This document shows, in pieces, positions 8,872 through 17,039 of a stretch of DNA of 64,000 bases. The translations under genes and the position numbers were made by a program. This DNA comes from Leptospira sp. (GTDB taxonomy: Bacteria > Spirochaetota > Leptospiria > Leptospirales > Leptospiraceae). A model generated the notes under the pieces. That model saw nothing but the letters and a program-made list of their open reading frames with translations. It ran no database searches and was not told where the DNA came from. Each line of letters begins with the position of its first letter. The stretch's first letter is position 1. The stretch is from assembly GCA_034439575.1 (NCBI GenBank), contig JAWXAQ010000016.1, positions 96,001 through 160,000 of the forward strand, given 5' to 3'.

Positions 8872-9105
8872 ATGATAGTCCGGATCAGCCCTCATATACG
8901 TGAACTATTCGATAAACTCAAAAATGAAGATAGAAATTTCAGATTTAATCAGCAGAAAATATTGGATAAAGTAATATTTGATAGGTTCTTAAATAAGAAA
9001 TTCAATTTTAGGTTTGATACAACAGAACATGGACCTTTTAAAATTTTTTTAGAAGTGACACGAGACGGAATTTTCATTTCTGATTTGCGACAAGATATTC
9101 CTTAA
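8872..9105 (+). CDS. Small protein with a weak RelE/ParE-like pattern
   Basis: MIVRISPHIRELFDKL ... GPFKIFLEVTRDGIFISD; 13 bp after the TPR gene. Confidence 0.4.
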   Translation: MIVRISPHIRELFDKLKNEDRNFRFNQQKILDKVIFDRFLNKKFNFRFDTTEHGPFKIFLEVTRDGIFISDLRQDIP

Positions 9106-9177
9106 ACACCGTTTGGGAATCTCATAAATGGTAAAATTTGCACTTGTACTTTTTTCTTTATTCTGAAAAGTAGGTTA

Positions 9178-9209
9178 ATAAAAAACGAGCGGCTCTTACG
9201 AACCGCCCG
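9178..9209 (-). terminator. Rho-independent terminator for the small basic protein gene
   Basis: Minus strand CGGGCGGTTC-GTAA-GAGCCGCTCG followed by a T-run. Confidence 0.75.
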
Positions 9210-9250
9210 ATTTTAGTTTTCGCATATTTAGAAGGGGTCTAACTGTCAGG

Positions 9251-9379
9251 CTATTTCCCTTTCTTCTCTTTCTGAGTTAACGCAGAAGCCGCCACGGACT
9301 TTTGCGCTTGAGTGCTTTTCGGGTTGCTAAGAATCTTGGCAGCCTGAGAAGCAACTTTCTTTGAAGTTTCTTTACTCAT
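9251..9379 (-). CDS. 42-aa basic protein (MSKETSKKVASQAAKILSNPKSTQAQKSVAASALTQKEKKGK)
   Basis: Strong RBS AAGGAGGTGA before the ATG at 9379 and its own terminator; resembles a small mobile-element protein family from memory. Confidence 0.75.
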   Translation of the reverse strand: MSKETSKKVASQAAKILSNPKSTQAQKSVAASALTQKEKKGK

Positions 9380-9587
9380 AATATTCACCTCCTTGATCAT
9401 ATAAATGAATCCAAATAAGCCAACTGATCCAGTCGGTGAATTATGTCGTATTATGCTAGAATTCAAAAATGAGAAAATCGGTCTAGTCGATTCGGATAAT
9501 TATGAATATAATGTAATCGGAAGAAATGGACAAATTAAACTAACTTGTGATTATGTGAGTAAAGACTAACAGGTTTAGGTTCCAAAT

Positions 9588-10514
9588 ATGAAATTAATTC
9601 AGTTTTTCACTTCTCTTTTGCTTTTGTTATTTTTGGGCTGTTACACTGTTAAAGAATCTAAAAGAGAGCCTATACCTTTACCTGAAGCTGAAAAAGTTCT
9701 TTTATCAACTAATGAAAATTTGATTAAAGAAGAAGAAAAGAAAATCAAAGTGTATAGATCCGGTGATAATATAGTTTTTGAAATTGTAATCGAAGAAGTT
9801 TCGAAGAAGATGATTTCGAAAAAATATTTCGGCAAAGAGAAAGTTGAATACGAGACAGAGAGTACTTGGTCTAGAGTAATGGATGAACCTCCAAGAGCTA
9901 ACGGATGGGAAAGGCTTTTTGTTTATACTGGACTCGCAACATGGGGAGCAACTGCCATCCCAGTTTGGCTTTTAGAACTTCCGACACTGCCTTTTCGATT
10001 AACTCCAGATATTATTGAAAAACCAATAGAGCAAATAGAAACAAAAGAAATATCTCGAGTTAAATTGAAAGTAAAGGATCCTTATATAATTAATACTAGG
10101 TGCTTTGCTCTTATCACTCACCTTGGGAAAACTACAATCCCAGCAAGTGGCTTCGTAAATTCTTTGGGAATTAAAACAACTCAAAGAGTTGCTTTTGTTG
10201 AAGGAGAAAACGGCGAAGCTTTATCTGAAGAAGAGGAAATTGATTTTAGCTCAATTCTCACAAAGAAAGAAAAAGATATCATATCCGAACGTCAAAATAA
10301 TCCAGAGATTCCAAGATTGGTTTATGATTCACTCAGTTCAGGAGATGATATGGATACTATCATTTCATGGTTAGGTGAAGGAGAATCCATTCTCGAAAAC
10401 ATAGGATCAGGATTTGATATCATTTCTTACAGATATCGAAATCGGGACAAGTCAACAGTTCAGCTAATATTTATGAATGGCGAACTCAAAACCAAGCAAT
10501 GGTTTTCAAATTAA
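9588..10514 (+). CDS. Lipoprotein (prophage cargo)
   Basis: Lipobox LLLFLG-C, an internal hydrophobic stretch, and a BamE/BLIP-like C-terminal pattern. Confidence 0.7.
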   Translation: MKLIQFFTSLLLLLFLGCYTVKESKREPIPLPEAEKVLLSTNENLIKEEEKKIKVYRSGDNIVFEIVIEEVSKKMISKKYFGKEKVEYETESTWSRVMDEPPRANGWERLFVYTGLATWGATAIPVWLLELPTLPFRLTPDIIEKPIEQIETKEISRVKLKVKDPYIINTRCFALITHLGKTTIPASGFVNSLGIKTTQRVAFVEGENGEALSEEEEIDFSSILTKKEKDIISERQNNPEIPRLVYDSLSSGDDMDTIISWLGEGESILENIGSGFDIISYRYRNRDKSTVQLIFMNGELKTKQWFSN

Positions 10515-10545
10515 GAAATTTAAAAAATTAAAAGGAACTCACAAC

Positions 10546-11238
10546 ATGAAAAAACTTATCTTTATACTCGTAACGTTTTCTATTATTCTAAACTGCGCAT
10601 CTTCCAACAACGGCGAAAAGAAAGCGGACACCGAAAATGAGACTAAGATCCGTAACACGGAAGTATGGGCGGATTTGAAAGATCTAAATACTGAAAAAAA
10701 ATATACTACAAGTGGATATTCTATAAATCGAAAATCTAAGATTCAAAATTTCTTATTAATGTCTAATTTGAATATTAATTTGGAACAGGTCGAAATTACG
10801 TTCCTTGAAACTAATTCTTTTTATACTGTGCCAGTTGCGGCCTTCAGCATAAACAATAAATCACGTTACGAATTAATTAACTGCTTAGGAAAATTTATCG
10901 AATGGGACAAAATCGCTATTCTAAATAATGATAAAGTAGAAAAGGAAATTTGCTCAATAGATTACAGTAGTGATCCAGAAAGATCACCTTTACTTCAGGT
11001 GAATGGTAAGTTTAAAATAACCTTATTTACAGATTCCCCTAAAAAAAACGCAGCTAGATTTGATTTTGGAGAAATCCGTGATCCAAACGATGATTCTAAA
11101 TTAAGAAGATTTGATTTTCATTATTTAAATAAAAATGAAATCATAGGATTAATGAATTCCCTTACAGATAAAGAAATATCCAAGCAAGTGTTCGCTTACA
11201 TTAAAAAAGAACGAGCTACCCAAAGGAGATACAAATAG
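10546..11238 (+). CDS. Lipoprotein (prophage cargo)
   Basis: MKKLIFILVTFSIILN-C lipobox; AAGGA RBS upstream of 10546. Confidence 0.7.
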   Translation: MKKLIFILVTFSIILNCASSNNGEKKADTENETKIRNTEVWADLKDLNTEKKYTTSGYSINRKSKIQNFLLMSNLNINLEQVEITFLETNSFYTVPVAAFSINNKSRYELINCLGKFIEWDKIAILNNDKVEKEICSIDYSSDPERSPLLQVNGKFKITLFTDSPKKNAARFDFGEIRDPNDDSKLRRFDFHYLNKNEIIGLMNSLTDKEISKQVFAYIKKERATQRRYK

Positions 11239-11275
11239 AAAATATTCACTTTTTCTCCTTTTCCTCTTTTTTCTC

Positions 11276-11303
11276 TTGACACAAATTAAGCTCTCGCTAG
11301 AAT
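11276..11303 (+). promoter_or_regulatory. Sigma70-type promoter
   Basis: TTGACA-N16-TAGAAT upstream of an AAGGAGGTGA RBS. Confidence 0.55.
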
Positions 11304-11329
11304 AATGTCATCCTAAAAGGAGGTGAACG

Positions 11330-11518
11330 ATGGCGACTAAAGATTTAGCTTATATGAAAATCAGCAAAGATCTAGTTAAACAGGCAAATGTTTCCTATGC
11401 GAAAGTTAAAAATGATATTTTAACTCAAGAAGGAATTGTTACCGAAGCATTAGAATTCTTTGTAGAAAATTTTCCGAAAGTCGCCGAGAGCCAAATTAAA
11501 AGAAAACAATCGGCTTGA
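11330..11518 (+). CDS. Small ribbon-helix-helix-like DNA-binding protein
   Basis: LAYMKISKDLVKQA ... TQEGIVTEALEFFV pattern, strong RBS and promoter. Confidence 0.55.
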   Translation: MATKDLAYMKISKDLVKQANVSYAKVKNDILTQEGIVTEALEFFVENFPKVAESQIKRKQSA

Positions 11519-11527
11519 GGCGTTAAG

Positions 11528-11557
11528 CCTTCCCATAGTTGAATTGTTATGTCTGAT
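11528..11557 (+). other. Degenerate dif-like site with an 8-bp centre (inner att half)
   Basis: CCTTCCCATAG-TTGAATTG-TTATGTCTGAT. Confidence 0.55.
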
Positions 11558-11628
11558 TAGAAGTATCAAAGAAACCTTTCCCTGAGCCTTGTAAAGGGCT
11601 ACGAGACAGAATTTCGGGAATAACCTCT

Positions 11629-11656
11629 ATGCGACATAAGATTGATTATGGGAAGT
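11629..11656 (-). other. dif-like XerC/XerD site (28 bp)
   Basis: Minus strand ACTTCCCATAA-TCAATC-TTATGTCGCAT has the 11-6-11 layout with CATAA-N6-TTATG. Confidence 0.75.
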
Positions 11657-11676
11657 GCCATATTGCGTCACGTAAT

Positions 11677-11730
11677 AATCTACTCCAAATGCTAGTCGTT
11701 GCATCATCTAAGAATCTACTCCAAATGCTA
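11677..11730. repeat. 18-bp perfect direct repeat, two copies
   Basis: AATCTACTCCAAATGCTA at 11677 and 11713. Confidence 0.8.
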
Positions 11731-11817
11731 ACCTGAGACGACTAGACTTTCCCATGGTCTTTCACATAACAGTATGATAACCTAAGTATTTTTAGATGCC
11801 TTTTGGAGAAAAGTAAC

Positions 11818-12615
11818 ATGAAAAAAATATCAAACAATACGAAATGGAAAATTAGTCTCTTTCTGCTTTCTAGCTTATTGAATTGTAATCCCGATTCCGG
11901 CAAAAAAGAAAACGAAGATCTAACGAACCTTTTATTATTAAACCAACTCACTTCTGCAACAGTAGCATCAACTTTTTCATGTACTTTGCCAGACACAGCG
12001 ACTGGCGGACCCCGCTGTTTTGATTATGGTACATCGACATCATCCAGCAGTGCGAGATCCCATTGTTCTACAAATTCAGGCACATTTTCAGCAACTTCAG
12101 CTTGTTCAACGACTAGAAATTCCGTAGGAACTTGTTCTGGGACAATTACTTCTTCAGGAATTTCCGTAAAGATTAATTATTTTGACTACTATAAAAGTTT
12201 TTCCAATTTTGCATCTAGTATTACTGTCGTTATTAATGCATTAGGATCTAACTCTACAGTATATGGAGTTGCAGACCGCTGTAGTATAAATGATGGAATC
12301 ACTAGTGGCGCAACAACTGTGCTTTCGACCAAATCTCCTCGAATTCGATTCGTTAATAACAGCGGGATTTCAGAAACGCATACATTTCATACTTCAACTG
12401 CTTGTGGCGCTGGAACAAAATATGCTACTTATGGAACAATTGCTAATGGAATTACAGGATCCTATATGACACTCACTGAAAGGACTTTACCTAGCTCTAT
12501 TAGCAGTAGTGATGGAGCCAATTGCTCTACTCTATCATATTTTTTCTCAAACGGAAATGTTTGGACATCAACTTCTACCCCAACAAATTCTTCAGTAGCG
12601 GCTACTATAGAATAA
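11818..12615 (+). CDS. Ser/Thr/Cys-rich lipoprotein
   Basis: Lipobox SSLLN-C followed by a LLLLNQL tether typical of leptospiral lipoproteins. Confidence 0.75.
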   Translation: MKKISNNTKWKISLFLLSSLLNCNPDSGKKENEDLTNLLLLNQLTSATVASTFSCTLPDTATGGPRCFDYGTSTSSSSARSHCSTNSGTFSATSACSTTRNSVGTCSGTITSSGISVKINYFDYYKSFSNFASSITVVINALGSNSTVYGVADRCSINDGITSGATTVLSTKSPRIRFVNNSGISETHTFHTSTACGAGTKYATYGTIANGITGSYMTLTERTLPSSISSSDGANCSTLSYFFSNGNVWTSTSTPTNSSVAATIE

Positions 12616-12624
12616 AAAAACTTT

Positions 12625-12752
12625 GGGCACCCTGAAGTCCTTGCTTTGCAAGTGCTTCGGCCCCGCTCTCCGCTCCAATCTTCCACATAATTCTGATTAA
12701 ATGAATCCATTCTATTATATCTGGAAGGATTTCCGCTAGGATCGGTGGTGCG
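12625..12752. repeat. GC-rich structured intergenic element (REP/MITE-like)
   Basis: GCACC..GGTGC ends, a CTTGC/GCAAG hairpin, and CCGCTCCAATCTTCCA..TGGAAGGATTTCCGCT, between convergent genes. Confidence 0.5.
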
Positions 12753-12779
12753 GAATTTTTCGTTAGCCGGAGAAATACG

Positions 12780-13166
12780 TTATGGTAAATCTAGAAGTTT
12801 TGCTTTTTTAATATCACAAGTTAGGCCAATTGTAATAAAACTGTCAGCAATGATAAAAAACGAATTGATTTTTTTTACACAATCGTCCACCGAATCTTGT
12901 TCGTAATATTCCGAATCTTCAATATTGGCAACAATCGGAACTATAGCTTCATTGATCGCAGTGACAATTGTAGCGAATCCATATGAATAATCTGGATCTG
13001 TCAAGATTAAATAAAGAGTATCAAATGTACTGGCAGATTCAACTAACTTTTTTTTGGCATCTTTGCCTTTGATATTATTTGAACTAAGATCACCAAATCC
13101 TGGTTGGTTGCATTGGAAAAGGAATATAAGAGAAAATAGAGAAACTGTTTTTTTAAATGTACTCAT
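12780..13166 (-). CDS. TIGR04452-like leptospiral lipoprotein
   Basis: Lipobox IFLFQ-C; IKGKDAK and YYEQDSVDDC motifs. Confidence 0.7.
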   Translation of the reverse strand: MSTFKKTVSLFSLIFLFQCNQPGFGDLSSNNIKGKDAKKKLVESASTFDTLYLILTDPDYSYGFATIVTAINEAIVPIVANIEDSEYYEQDSVDDCVKKINSFFIIADSFITIGLTCDIKKAKLLDLP

Positions 13167-13287
13167 AATAGGTGTTAACTATTGTCATTTAATGCAAACG
13201 CACATAATGCGTCAAATATTTGACAAGTTAAGTTAATAGATAAAATCAGGATTGAAAGTAAAGGACTTGCTCTGATAAGAATATAAA

Positions 13288-14349
13288 TTAACCCTCCCAG
13301 TCCCAAAAAAAATCTTTATTGCTTAGTTCTTCTTTTTTTGATGAAGTTTTTTCATCTATTGTGACTTCATCCTTCTCGTCTAACATTTCAAAACTATTAC
13401 CCATTTTTTCTAAATCTAATGTTTCATTTAACCAATATTCTTCTGTTCCAAAATGGGGAAACAAATTAGGGAATGAAGGGTCTTGCCAACGTTTTGCGAT
13501 CCAGGCGGCATAATGAACATAACGAATGCCACGTAATGGTTCAATAAGTTTTAACCAGGAGTGAGAAAAATCAGAAAATTCTTTATATCCTTCAAAAAAT
13601 AGCTCACGTTCATATTCTTCCTTTTTCCCACCAAACGGCAGCAACATCCAAAAATCTTGGATCACAGGACCTTCTAGAAAATCATCAAAATCTAATATGG
13701 AAAATCCTTCCTTTGAATAGAGTAAATTCCCTTTGTGGCAGTCCCCATGAATCCTTTGAAATGGAATATCTTGGATTTTTAGAATATCTTCGTACGTTTG
13801 AAAGGTAATGTGTGCCGCCTTTTCATATCGTTTGAGAAGATTTTGATTTTGAATCCAAGACCCTTCTTTGATTAGTTCCAAAGCAAGTCCTGCATAATGA
13901 GTGATATCTAGTTTAGGTCGATATAAACTTTTTTTTGATTTACCAACGAGGTGGATTCTACCAAGCAATCGTCCCAATTGGACTAGGTCGGCTTCTGCAA
14001 TTTCTTCAATGATTCTACCAGTACGAAGTGGCCAAACAGCGAAGAGTATATTGTCATATTCGAATATAGATTGGTTTGATTCATCTTTAATGGGTGTTAG
14101 AACTGGGATTTCTTGTGCTTGCAACTCGTCTAAAAAGTTATGTTCTTCTTGGATTTGATCTTTTGTCCAGCGATGTGGTCTGTAGTATTTTACTACATAA
14201 CGGACATTGCCTTCCACTTCGATATCATAAACTCTGTTTTCTACGCTGTTTAATGGAATACATCTACCTGTTGGTTCAAAGCCAATAGTTTCCATAGACT
14301 TGAGTAAAAAATCGGGATCTAGTCTTTGGAATGAATTTTCAGATAACAC
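13288..14349 (-). CDS. srkA: Stress-response Ser/Thr kinase SrkA/RdoA
   Basis: LNSVENRVY, KYYRPHRW..QIQEEH, RIHGDCHKGN, DFDD, AWIAKRWQDPSFP. Confidence 0.9.
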   Translation of the reverse strand: MLSENSFQRLDPDFLLKSMETIGFEPTGRCIPLNSVENRVYDIEVEGNVRYVVKYYRPHRWTKDQIQEEHNFLDELQAQEIPVLTPIKDESNQSIFEYDNILFAVWPLRTGRIIEEIAEADLVQLGRLLGRIHLVGKSKKSLYRPKLDITHYAGLALELIKEGSWIQNQNLLKRYEKAAHITFQTYEDILKIQDIPFQRIHGDCHKGNLLYSKEGFSILDFDDFLEGPVIQDFWMLLPFGGKKEEYERELFFEGYKEFSDFSHSWLKLIEPLRGIRYVHYAAWIAKRWQDPSFPNLFPHFGTEEYWLNETLDLEKMGNSFEMLDEKDEVTIDEKTSSKKEELSNKDFFWDWEG

Positions 14350-15242
14350 TATGAGGTTAAGATTTTATTTCGCCCTGAATTTTTCGCCTCATAAAGAAAT
14401 TTGTCTGCATTTTTAAGCACTTCATTGGGTGTAATTTTTGCATCCAAAAGTCCCCCGCTGATTCCCCCACTAAAACTTACATGGAACAATTGGCCATCTT
14501 CTGCAAAAAAATCAACGTTAGAAAATAGAACGCGAATTTTTTCTAAGACGTAATGAGCATTTTGAACACTAGTTTCTGGAAGAAGCACAACAAATTCTTC
14601 ACCACCATGGCGAGATAAAAAGTCTGATTTTCGAAGATTGGATTTTAATTCATGAGCTAATCTTTTGATAACGATATCTCCGATATCATGACCATAACTG
14701 TCGTTTACCTTTTTGAAAAAATCTATATCAAGCATCGCGATGGCTACAGAACGATTGTGCCTTTTACATCTTTGAAATTCCTGATCGATACGTTCTTCCA
14801 TATAACGACGATTATATAACCCAGTTAATGGATCACGAATTGAAGATTCTAATAAAAGATCTTGCAAGGCTTTGATTCTGAGAGCACTAAATACCCTTGC
14901 CAATAATTCTATTTCATCGGCTGGTTTTCTAATAAAGTCAGTCGCCCCTGCTTCAATGGATTCTTTTATTTTTAGTGAATCAGTATGACTTGTGACCATA
15001 ATGATGGGAAGCCATCCCGTTGATGAGGACTGCAAAATTTCATTGATAAGATCAATGCCAGTTCCATCAGGTAACTCCCAATCAAGTAAAACTACATCTA
15101 TACTTTGTTTTGCGATAACTTTTCTTGCTTCCTCTGTGTTTGTCGCAAGAAAAGTTAAATATCCATTTTTAACCAACCATCGATCTAAGATTCTATATTG
15201 AATTTCGGAATCTTCTACAATTAGGATCTTATGTTGTTTCAT
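14349..15242 (-). CDS. Receiver-domain diguanylate cyclase
   Basis: REC domain (LLDWELPD), GGEEF active site and RKSD I-site. Confidence 0.92.
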   Translation of the reverse strand: MKQHKILIVEDSEIQYRILDRWLVKNGYLTFLATNTEEARKVIAKQSIDVVLLDWELPDGTGIDLINEILQSSSTGWLPIIMVTSHTDSLKIKESIEAGATDFIRKPADEIELLARVFSALRIKALQDLLLESSIRDPLTGLYNRRYMEERIDQEFQRCKRHNRSVAIAMLDIDFFKKVNDSYGHDIGDIVIKRLAHELKSNLRKSDFLSRHGGEEFVVLLPETSVQNAHYVLEKIRVLFSNVDFFAEDGQLFHVSFSGGISGGLLDAKITPNEVLKNADKFLYEAKNSGRNKILTS

Positions 15243-15263
15243 GATACATTTTTTATTTGGTAT

Positions 15264-17039
15264 TTATTTCTTTTTTTTGGGTGAGAATATTTTTTCAGCC
15301 TCACCCTCTTCCATTGGAACTTTCACAACAGTACCACCTTCTTTGCGAACTTGGTTCAAATCGATGACAGCTCCGGACATCAATCCATTCGCCTTATTAG
15401 TGACATCTTTCACGCCATAGACAACCCATTTTCCACCTTCGAGTGACAGTACAAGGTATGAACAATCGGCCACCGCCAAAAGGGAATGTGCAGATATCTG
15501 TGCCATCACTTCATAACTTAAGACCACACCAGATCCAAGACCCACACCAATGGGAACCCCAACCGATTTTCCTAAATAATAAATCCCAAAAGCAGTCCCC
15601 GTGCCAAAACTTCCGACAGTCCCTGTCACACCAACGACTCCTGCCGCAGTTTTCGTAGCCACATAGGTTGTGGTTTGAACACCTAACGATGTTGCGGTGA
15701 TGGCACCCCCTGCCGCAGTTCCTGTAAGAGAAAGTCCTCCACCAATTACCGTTTGCGAAGCTGTGACACCAATCAAAGTTGAAGGTGCAAGTATATATCT
15801 GCCTGATTTTTCCGTTAGAATGGCAGCACCTTTTGTAGAATATTTAGAAGTTTTTCTAGCAAGTGTTCCAGATGTACGACCGCCTACTTTTAAAGATTCA
15901 TATGCCTCACCTGCCACAACTTCGGTACTTCCAAGAAGTGCACCTAACGCTAGCTTTGCGCTGGGTGCTACTATATATACAATTCCTTTCCCTGAGATAG
16001 CGATAGTTTCGACAAGAACATAAACGCCCGTTGTTGTCCCAACAGTAATTAATGCCGCAGGATAAATGACTGAGTTTACACCAATATATCCAACAGATAA
16101 TATTCCAAATTTACCAATGGGTTCAAGAATCGCATCGTAAAAAATAGCCTTGGTAGTTTTTGCAAAGGCTTTGAGGAGTGAAAAAGAAAGTCCATGTCCA
16201 TCGGCGATAGATTCAATATCTTTACCAGCGTCCTTTAACTCTTCTTTGGTTGCTTGCCCATAACTAAACACAGTTTCCTTCCAAGCATTTGCAATGGAAT
16301 TTGATGCTCTGGATCGTAAATCATTTACTTCGCCTAAAGTATTATTCCATGAGCCACCATCTAACGAGTCATAAGAATTTTCCCAAATCGATTTAAAAGT
16401 TTCATCGATATCCACATAACCATAAACAAACGATTCATAAGAATCCTTGTAAGTTTTTTGGTAATTTTTCATCCTAGCACGAAATTCGGGAGACTTATCT
16501 CTTTGTTCTGGATCTTTGAATTTGTCTTCAGCCCATTCCTCCCAATCTTTTCTTAATTGAATGGAATCATTGGTTACTTTATCATGAGCTTTTTTACCAT
16601 TCTCAAAAGAACTTCCGATAAGTCCGTGAGCCTTGGCATTGGATGCATACATTATATAAATTCCAGGTAAAGTCGCATTTTCGTTCAAATAATTGACAGC
16701 GTCGTTTCCCGTTCCAGACACGTCACCAGCAAGAGACCAACTTTTTTTGGTTCCTTCTTTAACAACAATTACAGATTCCTTTGCTTTGTTATATGCTTTG
16801 GAAAATTCTTGTTTTGCAAACCCGAATCGCCGCCCCATGAGATAAACTTCCCCTTCTTCCATGGGGGGAATAAATTTGATGCTTGTGCCAGCAATCGGAA
16901 CGGCACCTTGGAAATATAGGGAACTATGGCCTCCCGAAATTAATTTTTTAGAATTTCGTAGAGGATCTTCATGATCTTTGTTAGTTGAAGAACATGTAAT
17001 CGAAAATAGGAGTAGCATTAGGATTGAATAAATTTTCAT
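15264..17039 (-). CDS. Large lipoprotein with a Gly/Ala/Thr-rich hydrophobic C-terminal half
   Basis: Lipobox FSIT-C; paralogous to the upstream gene. Confidence 0.7.
   Translation of the reverse strand: MKIYSILMLLLFSITCSSTNKDHEDPLRNSKKLISGGHSSLYFQGAVPIAGTSIKFIPPMEEGEVYLMGRRFGFAKQEFSKAYNKAKESVIVVKEGTKKSWSLAGDVSGTGNDAVNYLNENATLPGIYIMYASNAKAHGLIGSSFENGKKAHDKVTNDSIQLRKDWEEWAEDKFKDPEQRDKSPEFRARMKNYQKTYKDSYESFVYGYVDIDETFKSIWENSYDSLDGGSWNNTLGEVNDLRSRASNSIANAWKETVFSYGQATKEELKDAGKDIESIADGHGLSFSLLKAFAKTTKAIFYDAILEPIGKFGILSVGYIGVNSVIYPAALITVGTTTGVYVLVETIAISGKGIVYIVAPSAKLALGALLGSTEVVAGEAYESLKVGGRTSGTLARKTSKYSTKGAAILTEKSGRYILAPSTLIGVTASQTVIGGGLSLTGTAAGGAITATSLGVQTTTYVATKTAAGVVGVTGTVGSFGTGTAFGIYYLGKSVGVPIGVGLGSGVVLSYEVMAQISAHSLLAVADCSYLVLSLEGGKWVVYGVKDVTNKANGLMSGAVIDLNQVRKEGGTVVKVPMEEGEAEKIFSPKKKK

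Larger units (their letters stand above)
1..11656. mobile_element. Distal end of a tailed prophage (tail fibre, lysis and cargo modules) ending at dif-like attachment sites; the other end lies upstream of the window
   Basis: Tail-collar and fibre-assembly genes, a lysis-like cassette, accessory genes in mixed orientation, then an inverted dif-like pair at 11528-11656 followed by typical host genes. Confidence 0.8.

Noticed and set aside
11747-11775. Third dif-like site
   Set aside because: Only one arm resembles the others; there is no TTATG arm at the right spacing
13196-13225. dif-like CACATAA-TGCGTC sequence
   Set aside because: The second arm is missing; probably promoter DNA
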